Shown piece by piece: positions 30,865-40,712 of a stretch of DNA of 64,000 bases. Below the pieces are notes generated by a model, which made no database searches, was not told the origin of the DNA, and was given only the letters and a program-made list of their open reading frames with translations. This stretch comes from an uncultured cyanobacterium (lineage in GTDB: Bacteria; Cyanobacteriota; Cyanobacteriia; CAKZMO01), in NCBI GenBank assembly GCA_963719515.1, contig CAVRCJ010000003.1:1-64000 (forward strand). Reading direction: 5' to 3'. Numbering within the stretch: the stretch's first letter is position 1; each line of letters begins with the position of its first letter. Position numbers and translations under genes: made by a program.

Positions 30865-31320
30865 ATGCCCTCGGAAGCGCATCAAAATCACCTCCTGATT
30901 ATCGAAGACAACAAGGGCCGTCGAGAGTTCATCCTCGACAGCCCGGTCTACTCAATTGGTCGAGACCCCAAGTGCGATATTCGCCTGGTTTCCCAGTTCG
31001 TCTCTCGCCGCCACGCCACGCTGGTGCAGCTTCCTCATGAGGACGGCGGCCACTACTATCGCATCGTTGACGGCAACCTTAAAGGAAAGACGAGCGCTAA
31101 CGGCTTGCTCATTAACGGTCGCAAGCTCCAGGCCCATGATCTAGAGGATGCCGACAAGATTATCTTCGGCCCTCAGGTTTACGCCATCTACTACATGCTC
31201 AAGCGAGACGCTATCGTTACCATTCCGCCTGTAGACAACGAGTTTGACGATGTTACGCTCATTAGCCCCAACATGGTTGGTGATCCTGAGGACGGAGAGG
31301 ACGAGGCGGACGACGATTAG
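30865..31320 (+). CDS. FHA domain protein
   Basis: IGR, SRRHA, SANG FHA signature residues. Confidence 0.92.
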   Translation: MPSEAHQNHLLIIEDNKGRREFILDSPVYSIGRDPKCDIRLVSQFVSRRHATLVQLPHEDGGHYYRIVDGNLKGKTSANGLLINGRKLQAHDLEDADKIIFGPQVYAIYYMLKRDAIVTIPPVDNEFDDVTLISPNMVGDPEDGEDEADDD

Positions 31321-31357
31321 CCAGAAGTGAAGGATAGGGCCGCTGTGCGTTCTGCCC

Positions 31358-31717
31358 CTAGGCAATCTCGTCGACCAATTCTAGATACTGGTTTTCGGCG
31401 ATCGCTTGGTTGACGAGATTGAACTTTCTGCGGCAGTGATTATCCTGCTGCAGCGGCAGTTCTTCATTTTTAATCACAAAGCTCATCTCGAGATCCCGTT
31501 CTGTCTCAGGCTCAACCACCTGTAGACGACCGGCAATCACGACTTCAACGGTGACCAGCTTGGAGAAATTGACGCCACCAGGCAGCTCCTTCGCCATCAA
31601 GTAGTCGCCTTTTTCATAAATTACGTTGAAATTGCAAGCCTGAAGGACATCTGTAATCAGCTGCCGAAGGTTGTCCAGCGATGTCATCGACCTACAGGCG
31701 CTCACATAACGAGCCAT
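31358..31717 (-). CDS. Cyanobacterial hypothetical protein
   Basis: MARY..., DYLMAKE, LVTVEV, KNEELPL..NHC. Confidence 0.75.
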   Translation of the reverse strand: MARYVSACRSMTSLDNLRQLITDVLQACNFNVIYEKGDYLMAKELPGGVNFSKLVTVEVVIAGRLQVVEPETERDLEMSFVIKNEELPLQQDNHCRRKFNLVNQAIAENQYLELVDEIA

Positions 31718-31969
31718 AGGGAAAAACTGCAGATTCAAGAGTTAGCTTAGGTAAGGGAACGCAAGTCCAGCTGCCCCTAGCTAGGCCAAATATCTGGCCA
31801 TAACAGCATGTAGCGGGTCTAAGAAAAATGCTTGTTCACATACCTTGCCACAAGGCTAGTATAGACAGCTATATTTTTCAAGTCGTTATTCGGCAGTAAA
31901 CTGCAATCAAATGTGGTATTGATAAATCCTTCACATAGACTGGGTAAAGATGTCGCCAGAGTAAAGAAC

Positions 31970-32677
31970 ATGCGAGGCAAGCTGATCGTATTTGAGGGAA
32001 TAGAAGGCTGTGGAAAGACAACGCAGCTGCAGCGGCTGCAGCAGTGGCTGACCCTTGATGCGTCGTCAATGGCATCAGAGGTGACGTCACCCGAGTTAAC
32101 GTCACCCAATAGACGCATCGTGACCACCCGCGAACCCGGCGGAACAGCATTGGGGCAGTCGCTGCGTCAGCTGCTATTGACGCCAGAGGCAGCGGACGGA
32201 CCGGAGATTCATCCGACTGCCGAGCTGCTGCTGTATGCTGCCGATCGCGCTCAGCACGTGATGACTCAGCTTAAACCGGAGCTAGAGGCGGGCGCAATTG
32301 TTCTCTGCGATCGCTTCACCGATTCCACCGTGGCCTATCAAGGATTTGGTCGAGGGCTTGATCGCGCCACTATCGACCACCTCAACCAAATTGCGACAGT
32401 GGGTCTGCAAAGCAATCTCACCCTATGGCTCGACTTGGACGTTGAGCAAAGCCTGAGCAGAACTCAGCAGCGCGGCCAGCGCGATCGCATTGAACGCAGC
32501 AGCGCTGCTTTCCATCAAAGGGTTCGAGAGGGATTTACGGCCCTAGCGGCGGAATATCCAGCTCGCATTGTTCGCATTGACGCTAGCGGCAGCGAAGAGC
32601 ACGTCGCCCGCAGCATAGAGCACGTCGTGCAGCAGCATCTAGACCGCTGGCAGGTCAAGCTTGCTGACTGTCTTTAG
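31970..32677 (+). CDS. tmk: Thymidylate kinase
   Basis: FEGIEGCGKTTQ, REPGGT, CDRFTDSTVAYQG. Confidence 0.96.
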   Translation: MRGKLIVFEGIEGCGKTTQLQRLQQWLTLDASSMASEVTSPELTSPNRRIVTTREPGGTALGQSLRQLLLTPEAADGPEIHPTAELLLYAADRAQHVMTQLKPELEAGAIVLCDRFTDSTVAYQGFGRGLDRATIDHLNQIATVGLQSNLTLWLDLDVEQSLSRTQQRGQRDRIERSSAAFHQRVREGFTALAAEYPARIVRIDASGSEEHVARSIEHVVQQHLDRWQVKLADCL

Positions 32678-32705
32678 CCTAAAGCCTCTCAGTCTCTAAA
32701 GCCCC

Positions 32706-33713
32706 ATGAATTTCTTCTCTAGCGTCATCGGACAACCCCAAGCGACAAGGCTGCTAACTCAGGCGCTCTCCCACAGCCGCATCGCGCCAGCCTATCTGTT
32801 TGTAGGCCCCTCGGGGATTGGCAAGCGGCTCACGGCTCAGCAGTTTGCTCTAGCGCTGCTTACGGGGACTTCCAGCAGCCTCACTCCCCCAAATTCCATC
32901 CCCGCCGATCCCTTAGGGCCAAGTCAACCGTTTCACCCTGACTTACTGTGGGTTGAGCCCACCTACCTCTACCAAGGGCAGCGGCTGACCGCCACCGAAG
33001 CTGAAGCGGCAGGACTCAAACGGCGATCGCCCCCTCAAATTCGCCTAGAGCAGGTGCGGGAGCTAACTCGATTTCTCAGCCGCCCCCCCCTGAAGGCGTC
33101 TCGTTCGGTGGTGGTGATCGATGGCGCAGAGACCATGGCCGAGGCCGCTGCCAATGCTCTACTTAAAACCCTGGAAGAACCTGGCAACGCCACGCTGCTG
33201 CTCGTATCCCATAGCGGCGATCGCCTGCTGCCCACTCTGGTTTCCCGCTGCCAGAGCATTCCGTTTCAACGGCTGAGCGCAGACGCCATGGCCGCTGTAT
33301 TTCAACAGGTCGGGGCAGACGAGCTGCTGAAATACCCAGATTTACTGGCTCTAGCCCAGGGCAGCCCGGGACAAGCGATCGCGGCACTGCGCCAGTGGAA
33401 TGATCTGCCAGCGTCCTTGAGGGAAGTGATGGCGCAGCAGCCTCAAGACGTGAGACAGGCGATGACGCTAGCCCGAGATATTGCAGCGCTAGACGTAGAA
33501 GCCCAGCTGTGGGCAATCGATTATTTGCAGCATCAGTACTATGACTATGGTGCTCAGGGCCATAGCGCCGGAGCTAATTTCAGCCGCAGCTGGGCCCACA
33601 ACCGCCGTCGGCTGCAGATCCTAGAGCAGGCCCGTCAGCAGCTGCAGCGTTATGTGCAGCCTCGCCTCGTATGGGAAGTGGCGCTGATGTCTCTGGCGGG
33701 AGTACTGCCGTAG
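32706..33713 (+). CDS. holB: DNA polymerase III subunit delta'
   Basis: AYLFVGPSGIGK, HPDL, AANALLKTLEEP, SRCQ; follows tmk. Confidence 0.93.
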   Translation: MNFFSSVIGQPQATRLLTQALSHSRIAPAYLFVGPSGIGKRLTAQQFALALLTGTSSSLTPPNSIPADPLGPSQPFHPDLLWVEPTYLYQGQRLTATEAEAAGLKRRSPPQIRLEQVRELTRFLSRPPLKASRSVVVIDGAETMAEAAANALLKTLEEPGNATLLLVSHSGDRLLPTLVSRCQSIPFQRLSADAMAAVFQQVGADELLKYPDLLALAQGSPGQAIAALRQWNDLPASLREVMAQQPQDVRQAMTLARDIAALDVEAQLWAIDYLQHQYYDYGAQGHSAGANFSRSWAHNRRRLQILEQARQQLQRYVQPRLVWEVALMSLAGVLP

Positions 33714-33872
33714 CGCAGCAGCCCTGTTGCCCAGCTGCAGCAAACCATATTGCATCGGTTCAGTTGCTTAGGACATCAGAATCGGCTGAAAGTCTGACGT
33801 TGTCTAGGCAACTGAACGCGCAAATGTCATGCATGAGGCCATTTGCTATAGATCCGCATCAACAGGCTCAGC

Positions 33873-35213
33873 CTAAAAGCGATACGACAGCGATATCTCC
33901 CAGCCGTCGCTCTGCTGCGTTATCCCAATTTGCTGAATAAATTCTCGAAAGTAAAACCGCCGCTCAGCTTCTGACAGATCGAGCCAAAACTGCGGGAGCG
34001 AGACCGTTTGGGCAATGGACAGCAGGCTAGAGGGGGGAAGCTGATCGAGCTGTTTTTGCAGCGTCGCCACTTCGGTTTGCAGCCCATAGGCCCGGAGGGC
34101 AGAAGTCTGCGCGTCTAAAACACCCTGAGCCTCAAGGGCCTCAAGCTGCCCTAGAACTCCTTGCTTAGCGTCTATTTGCTGAGTCAAATTGGCTTCGAGG
34201 GCGGTAAGCGGTGACGGACCCGCCTGATTGACACGGCGGGGAAGTTCGTCACAGATGCGGGCAATAGTTTTCTCCAAAACGTCAGCATAGGGCAATGAAG
34301 AACAGGGGAGGTCCGACGCCTTACCGCTGGGCTGACGGCGATAGGGGCAGTGGTTAGGCCTGACGTACAAATAAGTTTTTGCCGGTTGACGCCCTCGCTT
34401 ACGAGTGGTCTTGCCCACCGTCATGGGCAACTGGCAGCGATCGCAAACCACTAGCCCCGCAAGCGATCGCGGCGCGGTGCTGGTGCGGGGGGCGAACTGT
34501 CGGTTGCGGCGCAGCAGTCGGTCGATTTGAGCCGCCTCATCCCTTGAAAGAATCGGTTTGTGGGCGTTGGGGAGCACATCGCCGTTGTGGTAGGCCAGGT
34601 CCCCGCGATAGACCGGGCTAGAGAGCCAGCGCTTGCCGGTGGACACGGCAATGATTTTGTTGTGGGCTTCAGCCAGGTGACGCACGCTTTGTCGTAAAGA
34701 TCCGTAGAGCAGGAAATGATCGAAAAAAGCTCTGACTACCGCAGCGGCACTGCGGTCAAGGGTATAGCAATCGGGGCCGCGCCGATAGCCATAGGGAGCC
34801 TTACCGGGTGGCGGCCGTCCGTGAATGCGGGTCTTGGCGTGACCCTGTTGGATGCGCCGCTGTCGCTGCTGACGGTCAATCTTTTGAGCCAGCTGTAGGT
34901 CTACCCCATCTCCTGGCTGCACGGCGACGTCTTCAAGCGCGTGAACGACGATATCAAGGTGAGAGAACTCCGCTAGGCGATCGCCCACCTCTTGAAGTGA
35001 TTCGCCTAGGTCGGCCAGCCGCCGGACCCAAACAGCCTCGATCGCCTGCGGATTTTGGCGACAGTCTTGACGCAGCTGCTGTAGCTGGTGGCGCTGCCCC
35101 AAGTCCTGATAGATGCGATCGGCGCAGCGGAAACCGTTATCAACGTCGCTCTTGAAGGCACTGTCAGCACTTGCATCGGCACCATAAGGGCGGTAGTCGT
35201 AGGCAAAAATCAT
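33873..35213 (-). CDS. Large serine recombinase family protein with degenerate catalytic domain
   Basis: GKAPYGY, PVYRG, H.PILS recombinase domain; LAGLVVCDRC zinc ribbon; coiled coil; canonical YxRxS absent. Confidence 0.8.
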   Translation of the reverse strand: MIFAYDYRPYGADASADSAFKSDVDNGFRCADRIYQDLGQRHQLQQLRQDCRQNPQAIEAVWVRRLADLGESLQEVGDRLAEFSHLDIVVHALEDVAVQPGDGVDLQLAQKIDRQQRQRRIQQGHAKTRIHGRPPPGKAPYGYRRGPDCYTLDRSAAAVVRAFFDHFLLYGSLRQSVRHLAEAHNKIIAVSTGKRWLSSPVYRGDLAYHNGDVLPNAHKPILSRDEAAQIDRLLRRNRQFAPRTSTAPRSLAGLVVCDRCQLPMTVGKTTRKRGRQPAKTYLYVRPNHCPYRRQPSGKASDLPCSSLPYADVLEKTIARICDELPRRVNQAGPSPLTALEANLTQQIDAKQGVLGQLEALEAQGVLDAQTSALRAYGLQTEVATLQKQLDQLPPSSLLSIAQTVSLPQFWLDLSEAERRFYFREFIQQIGITQQSDGWEISLSYRF

Positions 35214-35219
35214 AGGGCT

Positions 35220-36053
35220 CTAGCTCGATATCAGTTCGCCCTTGAGGACCGTCACCGCCTGCCCCCGCAGCCCAACGCGATCGCCCCGGCAGTGGACCTG
35301 AATCTCTCCGCCCCGAGGGGAAGCCTGGTAGGCCAACAGAATATCTTTCCCAAGCCGAGATTGCCAAAACGGCCCTAGGGCGCAATGGGCCGAGCCCGTC
35401 ACAGGGTCTTCATCAATGCCGGATCCCGGCGCGAAGAAGCGCGAAACAAAGTCATAGCACGGTTCAGAGCCTTTCCTAGAAGAAACTTCGGCGCGGCTAG
35501 TAACGACTACCCCGCGCACAGGGAGCGATCGCAGCTGGGCAAAGTCGGGCTGCAGCTGCCGCACGGCTGTCTCGGACTCTAACGCCACCAGGTAATCAAA
35601 GCGACTTTTGCCGACAAAGCTGGCCGTGACCCCCAGCGCTTCTAGAAGCCCGTCAGGAGCATCCGCTTGGGAGATTGGCGTCGCGGGAAAATCAAGCTCT
35701 ATCAGTCCGTCAACTCGGCGGGCGGTCAGCAGACCGCTACGGGTATCAAACTCGGCGAGCTCTCCAGGCGACAGGTGTCCCTCGCTCCACAGCACATGGG
35801 CACTTGCCAAGGTAGCGTGGCCACACAGGTCCACCTCGGTGGTGGGCGTAAACCAGCGCAGGCTGAACTGCTGGCCCTGACGGTGAAGAAAAGCTGTCTC
35901 AGACAGATTCATTTCCTGAGCCACCTGCTGCATCCAGCTGTCGGGCTGCGGAGCAGTCAACAGGCACACAGCGGCGGGATTCCCGGCGAAGGGACGGGCG
36001 GTAAAGGCGTCAACTTGGCTAATGGCAATAGCGGGAGTGGGCATCGGGGTCAA
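35220..36053 (-). CDS. PhzF family isomerase
   Basis: VDAF, GNPAAV, LSETAF, LCGHATLA, EDPVTGSAH. Confidence 0.95.
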   Translation of the reverse strand: MTPMPTPAIAISQVDAFTARPFAGNPAAVCLLTAPQPDSWMQQVAQEMNLSETAFLHRQGQQFSLRWFTPTTEVDLCGHATLASAHVLWSEGHLSPGELAEFDTRSGLLTARRVDGLIELDFPATPISQADAPDGLLEALGVTASFVGKSRFDYLVALESETAVRQLQPDFAQLRSLPVRGVVVTSRAEVSSRKGSEPCYDFVSRFFAPGSGIDEDPVTGSAHCALGPFWQSRLGKDILLAYQASPRGGEIQVHCRGDRVGLRGQAVTVLKGELISS

Positions 36054-36075
36054 ACCGGAACAACTGCGATCGCCA

Positions 36076-36804
36076 TTATTGCAGACCAGGCAGGGTCGAC
36101 TGCAGCGGCGGAGACGCCAACGGGGGCAGCGATTCTAGAGGCGGGCCAGAGGCTAGCTTGTGGGCGTGGCGCGTCGTTTCAGGCAGGCGATAGCGCGTCG
36201 TGCAGCGCATCACATAGTTGATGGCGCTCTCCAAGCTGATGCGATGACCCGGAGAAATATAAAGAGGCTTGGTTCCCTGACGGGTGCGTAGCACAGCTCC
36301 GATAGTTTCTTCTCGGTGGACCAAAGGTGTCCAGGCTCCCTTCTCCTCTGGAACTTCGCCGTGGCTGCCCACCAGCCGAGATTTGGCCACGCCGATAGAT
36401 GGAATATTCGTCAGCAAACCTAGGTGGCACCCAATCCCCAATCGCCGCGGGTGGGCTAGCCCCTGACCATCGCACAGCAACAGATCTGGCAGCAGGGTGA
36501 GCTTATTGAGGGCATCTAGAACCGCCGGAATCTCACGAAAGGACAGCAGACCGGGGATGTAGGGAAACGTTGTGGGCCTGCGGGCGATCGCCCGATCTAC
36601 CACGGTCAGCGCGGGAAACGCCAGCACCGCCACCGCCGCCCGCGTGACGCTGCCGCCCTCCTCAAAGCCCACATCGACGCCTGCGACATAGGCAACCTTT
36701 TCTAGCTGGTCTACCAACACAACCTGGTCTTGCAGCTGGCGCTGCAGGGCGATCGCCGCTTCCCGAGTAGCGGGCCAAGAGCCCCTGTTGAAGTGATGCG
36801 CCAT
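36076..36804 (-). CDS. nfi: Endonuclease V
   Basis: [39 protein letters not shown]. Confidence 0.96.
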   Translation of the reverse strand: MAHHFNRGSWPATREAAIALQRQLQDQVVLVDQLEKVAYVAGVDVGFEEGGSVTRAAVAVLAFPALTVVDRAIARRPTTFPYIPGLLSFREIPAVLDALNKLTLLPDLLLCDGQGLAHPRRLGIGCHLGLLTNIPSIGVAKSRLVGSHGEVPEEKGAWTPLVHREETIGAVLRTRQGTKPLYISPGHRISLESAINYVMRCTTRYRLPETTRHAHKLASGPPLESLPPLASPPLQSTLPGLQ

Positions 36805-36843
36805 CCCCGACAGCTCGCTTGAAATAAAGGGTAGATAATACAG

Positions 36844-36872
36844 CAAAAGGCAGACCCATTGGGTCTGCCTTT
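36844..36872 (-). terminator. Intrinsic terminator downstream of ugd
   Basis: AAAAGGCAGACCC-ATT-GGGTCTGCCTTT inverted repeat. Confidence 0.75.
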
Positions 36873-36957
36873 CATCCTATCGCGTTTATTAGAGCAGCGT
36901 TTTGCGATCGCTAGAAATGGACCTTGGGCACCCTAAAGCGCCTTTGAAAAACCAGCG

Positions 36958-38340
36958 CTAGCGCCCCATGCCGACGTACTGGAAGCCAGCTTCTTTTAGA
37001 GCCTCTCGGTCCAAGAAGTTGCGACCGTCAATCATCACGGGAGCGTTCATCACCCCAGCAAGCTCTTTAAAGTTGATGTCCTTAAATTGCTTCCAGTCAG
37101 TGACAAGCACCAGAGCGTCGCAGCTGTCAGCAAGCAGCTTGATGTCGGTCTCAACGCTGACGTTAGAGAGGCCGTGGCGCATCCCCGTCTGTGAGACCAG
37201 CGGGTCATACGCCTTCACCTTGGCCCCCAACCGGGTCAGCTGGTCTACCAGCGTCAGCGCCGGAGCATCCCGCATGTCGTCGGTGTCAGGCTTGAAAGTC
37301 AGACCTAAAAGGCCCACGGTTTTACCCTTCAAAATTTTGAGCACCTGCTGCAGCTTCTCAACCACCAGCAGCCGCTGCCGCCCGTTGACGTCTACCGCTG
37401 CCTTGAGCAGTTGAGCATCATACCCATAGTCGTCGGCGGTGTGAATCAGAGCTGCCACATCCTTCGGGAAGCAGGAGCCGCCCCAGCCCAAGCCAGCCTG
37501 CAGGAACTTGTGGCCAATGCGGGAGTCAAGGCCAATCCCTTTGGCGACCTGGGTGACGTCAGCGCCGACGCGATCGCAGATGTTGGCCACTTCGTTGATG
37601 AAGCTGATTTTGGTTGCCAAGAAAGTATTGGCGGCGTACTTCACCATCTCAGCCGAGCTGAGGTCGGTGGTGACGACGGGCACTGTGGGTAGAGATTGAT
37701 CTTCAGCAAACTGGCGGGAAACGATGGGCGCATAGAGATTCTGCATCATTGCAATAGCGCGATCGCTGTTGCCCCCCAGCACGATTCTGTCGGGGTTAAA
37801 GGTGTCATAAACGGCGGACCCTTCCCGCAGGAACTCAGGGTTACTGACCACATCAAAATCAACTTCAGGAGCTGCAGGCTCACTACCGCCGCCGGCAGGC
37901 ACCAGCGCCTTCTGCCGTTCAGCAACGCCGTCCATCACAATCATGCGTACCCAGTCGCCAGACCCGATGGGAACCGTCGACTTGTTGACGATGACCTTGT
38001 ATTCTCCCTCGAGGTGAGAGCCGATTCCGCGCGCCACGGCCTCAACGTAGCGAGTGTCGCTCTCGCCCGTCGGCAGCGCGGGTGTTCCTACCGCAATAAA
38101 CAGAATCTCGCCGTGACCCACGCCAGCGCCCAAGTCAGTAGTGAACTGAATCTGACCGCTTTCGATTGCCTTTTGCATGAGCTCCGACAAACCGGGCTCG
38201 AAAATGGGCGATTGCCCAGACTGCATCAGTCGGACCTTCTCCTCGTTGTTGTCAACGCAAATCACGTCGTGACCAATTCGAGCGAGGCAGACGCCCGTAA
38301 CAAGACCAACATATCCAGTACCAATAACGCAGACGCGCAT
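36958..38340 (-). CDS. ugd: UDP-glucose 6-dehydrogenase
   Basis: GTGYVG, KSTVP, NPEFLREG, GGSCFPKD, FKPDTDDMR. Confidence 0.96.
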   Translation of the reverse strand: MRVCVIGTGYVGLVTGVCLARIGHDVICVDNNEEKVRLMQSGQSPIFEPGLSELMQKAIESGQIQFTTDLGAGVGHGEILFIAVGTPALPTGESDTRYVEAVARGIGSHLEGEYKVIVNKSTVPIGSGDWVRMIVMDGVAERQKALVPAGGGSEPAAPEVDFDVVSNPEFLREGSAVYDTFNPDRIVLGGNSDRAIAMMQNLYAPIVSRQFAEDQSLPTVPVVTTDLSSAEMVKYAANTFLATKISFINEVANICDRVGADVTQVAKGIGLDSRIGHKFLQAGLGWGGSCFPKDVAALIHTADDYGYDAQLLKAAVDVNGRQRLLVVEKLQQVLKILKGKTVGLLGLTFKPDTDDMRDAPALTLVDQLTRLGAKVKAYDPLVSQTGMRHGLSNVSVETDIKLLADSCDALVLVTDWKQFKDINFKELAGVMNAPVMIDGRNFLDREALKEAGFQYVGMGR

Positions 38341-38535
38341 GTATTGTGGCTCCTTAGAATTCCAATAGGTAGTAAAGGTAGAACAAACAGATAGACTAGA
38401 GTCATTTTGGGAAACAGAACTTCCCAATACAGTTAAGAGTCAGATGAGTCAAACTATAGAAGGCTTAGCCAGTCTCAGTAGCCAAGAACAACCAACCTGA
38501 AAGTCGAGTCTTGACTGTTGAGGCCGCTGCCCCAG

Positions 38536-39489
38536 CTAAATCGCTACTTCCTGTCGATTAGAGGCATCGATGCGATTGCGGAAATCGTCAATCGTATGCT
38601 CTAAGCCCTTCGCCAGAGGAATAGTAGGTGTCCAGTCCAAAAGCTCCTTCGCCCGCGTAATATCAGGTTGGCGGCGACGAGGGTCGTCTTGGGGGAGTGG
38701 CTTGTACTGAACCTCTGTATCTGGATTGACCATGCCTTGAATCGACTGAGCGAGTTCTAGAATGGTGTACTCGTCTGGATTCCCCAAATTTATGGGACCA
38801 ATGTGGTCATTGTTCATCAGCCGCATCAATCCCTCAACCAAGTCTGAGACGTAGCAGAAACTGCGCGTCTGCGAACCATCACCATAGACCGTCAGCGGCT
38901 GCCCTCTAAGCGCCTGGACAACAAAGTTGCTAACAACCCGGCCGTCATTCTCCAGCATACGCGGCCCGTAGGTGTTGAAGATCCGAGCAACGCGAATATC
39001 GACGTCGTTTTGGCGGTGATAGTCGAAGGCCAACGTTTCAGCAACGCGTTTCCCTTCGTCGTAACAGCTGCGAATGCCGATAGTGTTCACGTTGCCCCGA
39101 TAGTCTTCAGGCTGGGGATGGACCTCTGGGTCGCCGTACACTTCGGACGTTGAAGCTAGCAAGAAGCGAGCCTTGACCCGCTTGGCTAGCCCCAGCATAT
39201 GGAGCGTCCCTAGGACATTTGTCTTTATAGTCTTGACCGGATTGTACTGGTAATGGACTGGAGAGGCCGGACAGGCCAGGTGGTAAATCTGGTCTACCTC
39301 CAGGCGAATTGGCTCTGTGATGTCGTGGCGAATTAGCTCAAAATAGGGGTGGTCCAGCCACTTAACCACGTTGACTTTGCGCCCTGTGTAGAAATTGTCT
39401 AAACAAACAACTTCCTCTCCAGCTTCCATAAGCCGATCGATAAGGTGAGAGCCAATGAAGCCAGCACCTCCGGTTACCAAAATTCTCAT
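38536..39489 (-). CDS. UDP-glucuronate decarboxylase (UXS-like SDR)
   Basis: [37 protein letters not shown]; upstream of ugd. Confidence 0.95.
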   Translation of the reverse strand: MRILVTGGAGFIGSHLIDRLMEAGEEVVCLDNFYTGRKVNVVKWLDHPYFELIRHDITEPIRLEVDQIYHLACPASPVHYQYNPVKTIKTNVLGTLHMLGLAKRVKARFLLASTSEVYGDPEVHPQPEDYRGNVNTIGIRSCYDEGKRVAETLAFDYHRQNDVDIRVARIFNTYGPRMLENDGRVVSNFVVQALRGQPLTVYGDGSQTRSFCYVSDLVEGLMRLMNNDHIGPINLGNPDEYTILELAQSIQGMVNPDTEVQYKPLPQDDPRRRQPDITRAKELLDWTPTIPLAKGLEHTIDDFRNRIDASNRQEVAI

Positions 39490-40151
39490 AGATTCCGATT
39501 TCCTAAGATAACTTCAAATAGAGCAAGATTAAGGCTTGCGAAAGAACTTATATAATGGTATTCGATAAACTTCAAAGACGCCTTAAGCACGCCAAAGCCT
39601 CCGAGACTTTAGTAGGCGCTAACTCCATGGCCCTGTTGAGGCAAAGCCGATAGAGGTTCCGCGCCCCTGCTGGCCCTGTGCTTAAGCTTCAGACTGACCG
39701 CCGCAAATGTAGTTCCGGCTCTCCACGGTATGACAATGAGCTATGAGACCTTGAGCTGCTCGGCTAAAGTTACATCCACGTAAAAATGTTAAGGGACTGA
39801 CCCGAAGTATTGCGAACGTACTGCACAAGCTTTGCGAGATCTTTGAAGTTCCCGTAGCCTAGTCTAAGATTTGAAGAAGATTGTGCGGTAAGAGCACCTG
39901 AACTCGAACTTGAAGGGTACGTCCTATGGCAAGGGCGAGCCTCTTCTGTTGAGAGGCGCACTCTAGGCAAGGCCTAGGTGGAAATACCTTCAATGGTAGA
40001 TGCTCGATGGTCCTGAGTGCTGATAAAATACAATGGATGGATTCGGTCGGCCCTCTACAAAAGAAATCTAGAGGGTTTTGCATGTGCGGCCCCAATGGAT
40101 TCCCATTGGACACCGGCACGTGGTGCGTACCGATTAGAGTATGGAGAAAAT

Positions 40152-40553
40152 ATGCAGTTTGCAAAGTTATTTCAAAAGTTAGGACTTCTAGTTTCTGTCC
40201 TGTTAGTAGCGATCGCTACTGTCCTGGTCCCGGCATCTCCGGCTGCTGCAGAGACTTTCGAAGTTAAAATGGGCGCTGACTCGGGTCAGCTCAAGTTTGT
40301 TCCCAGCGAATTGGCCGTCAGCCCTGGCGACACGGTTAATTTCGTAATGAACAAGCTTGCCCCCCACAACGTCATCTTTGACAAGACGCCGTCCGGTATC
40401 AACGCAGATTCCCTGTCTGCCAAAAACCTGATGTTTGCACCTGGCGAGTCGGCAACAGTTGATTTCCCTGCGGATGCACCTACGGGCACCTATTCCTACT
40501 ACTGCACGCCTCACCGGGGTGCTGGGATGGCTGGGCAAATTACTGTTCAGTAG
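40152..40553 (+). CDS. petE: Plastocyanin precursor
   Basis: Signal peptide, [17 protein letters not shown] copper ligands. Confidence 0.97.
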   Translation: MQFAKLFQKLGLLVSVLLVAIATVLVPASPAAAETFEVKMGADSGQLKFVPSELAVSPGDTVNFVMNKLAPHNVIFDKTPSGINADSLSAKNLMFAPGESATVDFPADAPTGTYSYYCTPHRGAGMAGQITVQ

Positions 40554-40639
40554 GCCTGACCTTTGCGATGTGCCTTTAGATAACTGGCGCACTGAGTAGG
40601 GGGGCGGCACGCTGTTTCCCCACCGTAAACGTTAAACAG

Positions 40640-40675
40640 CTAGGGGGCGAGGATGATACCATCCTCGCCCCCTAG
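40640..40675. terminator. Hairpin terminator between petE and speA
   Basis: CTAGGGGGCGAGGATG-ATAC-CATCCTCGCCCCCTAG perfect 16-bp stem followed by TTT. Confidence 0.8.
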
Positions 40676-40712
40676 TTTCGTTCGTCTTGGCGGCGAGGCC
40701 AGCGCAGCTTTT

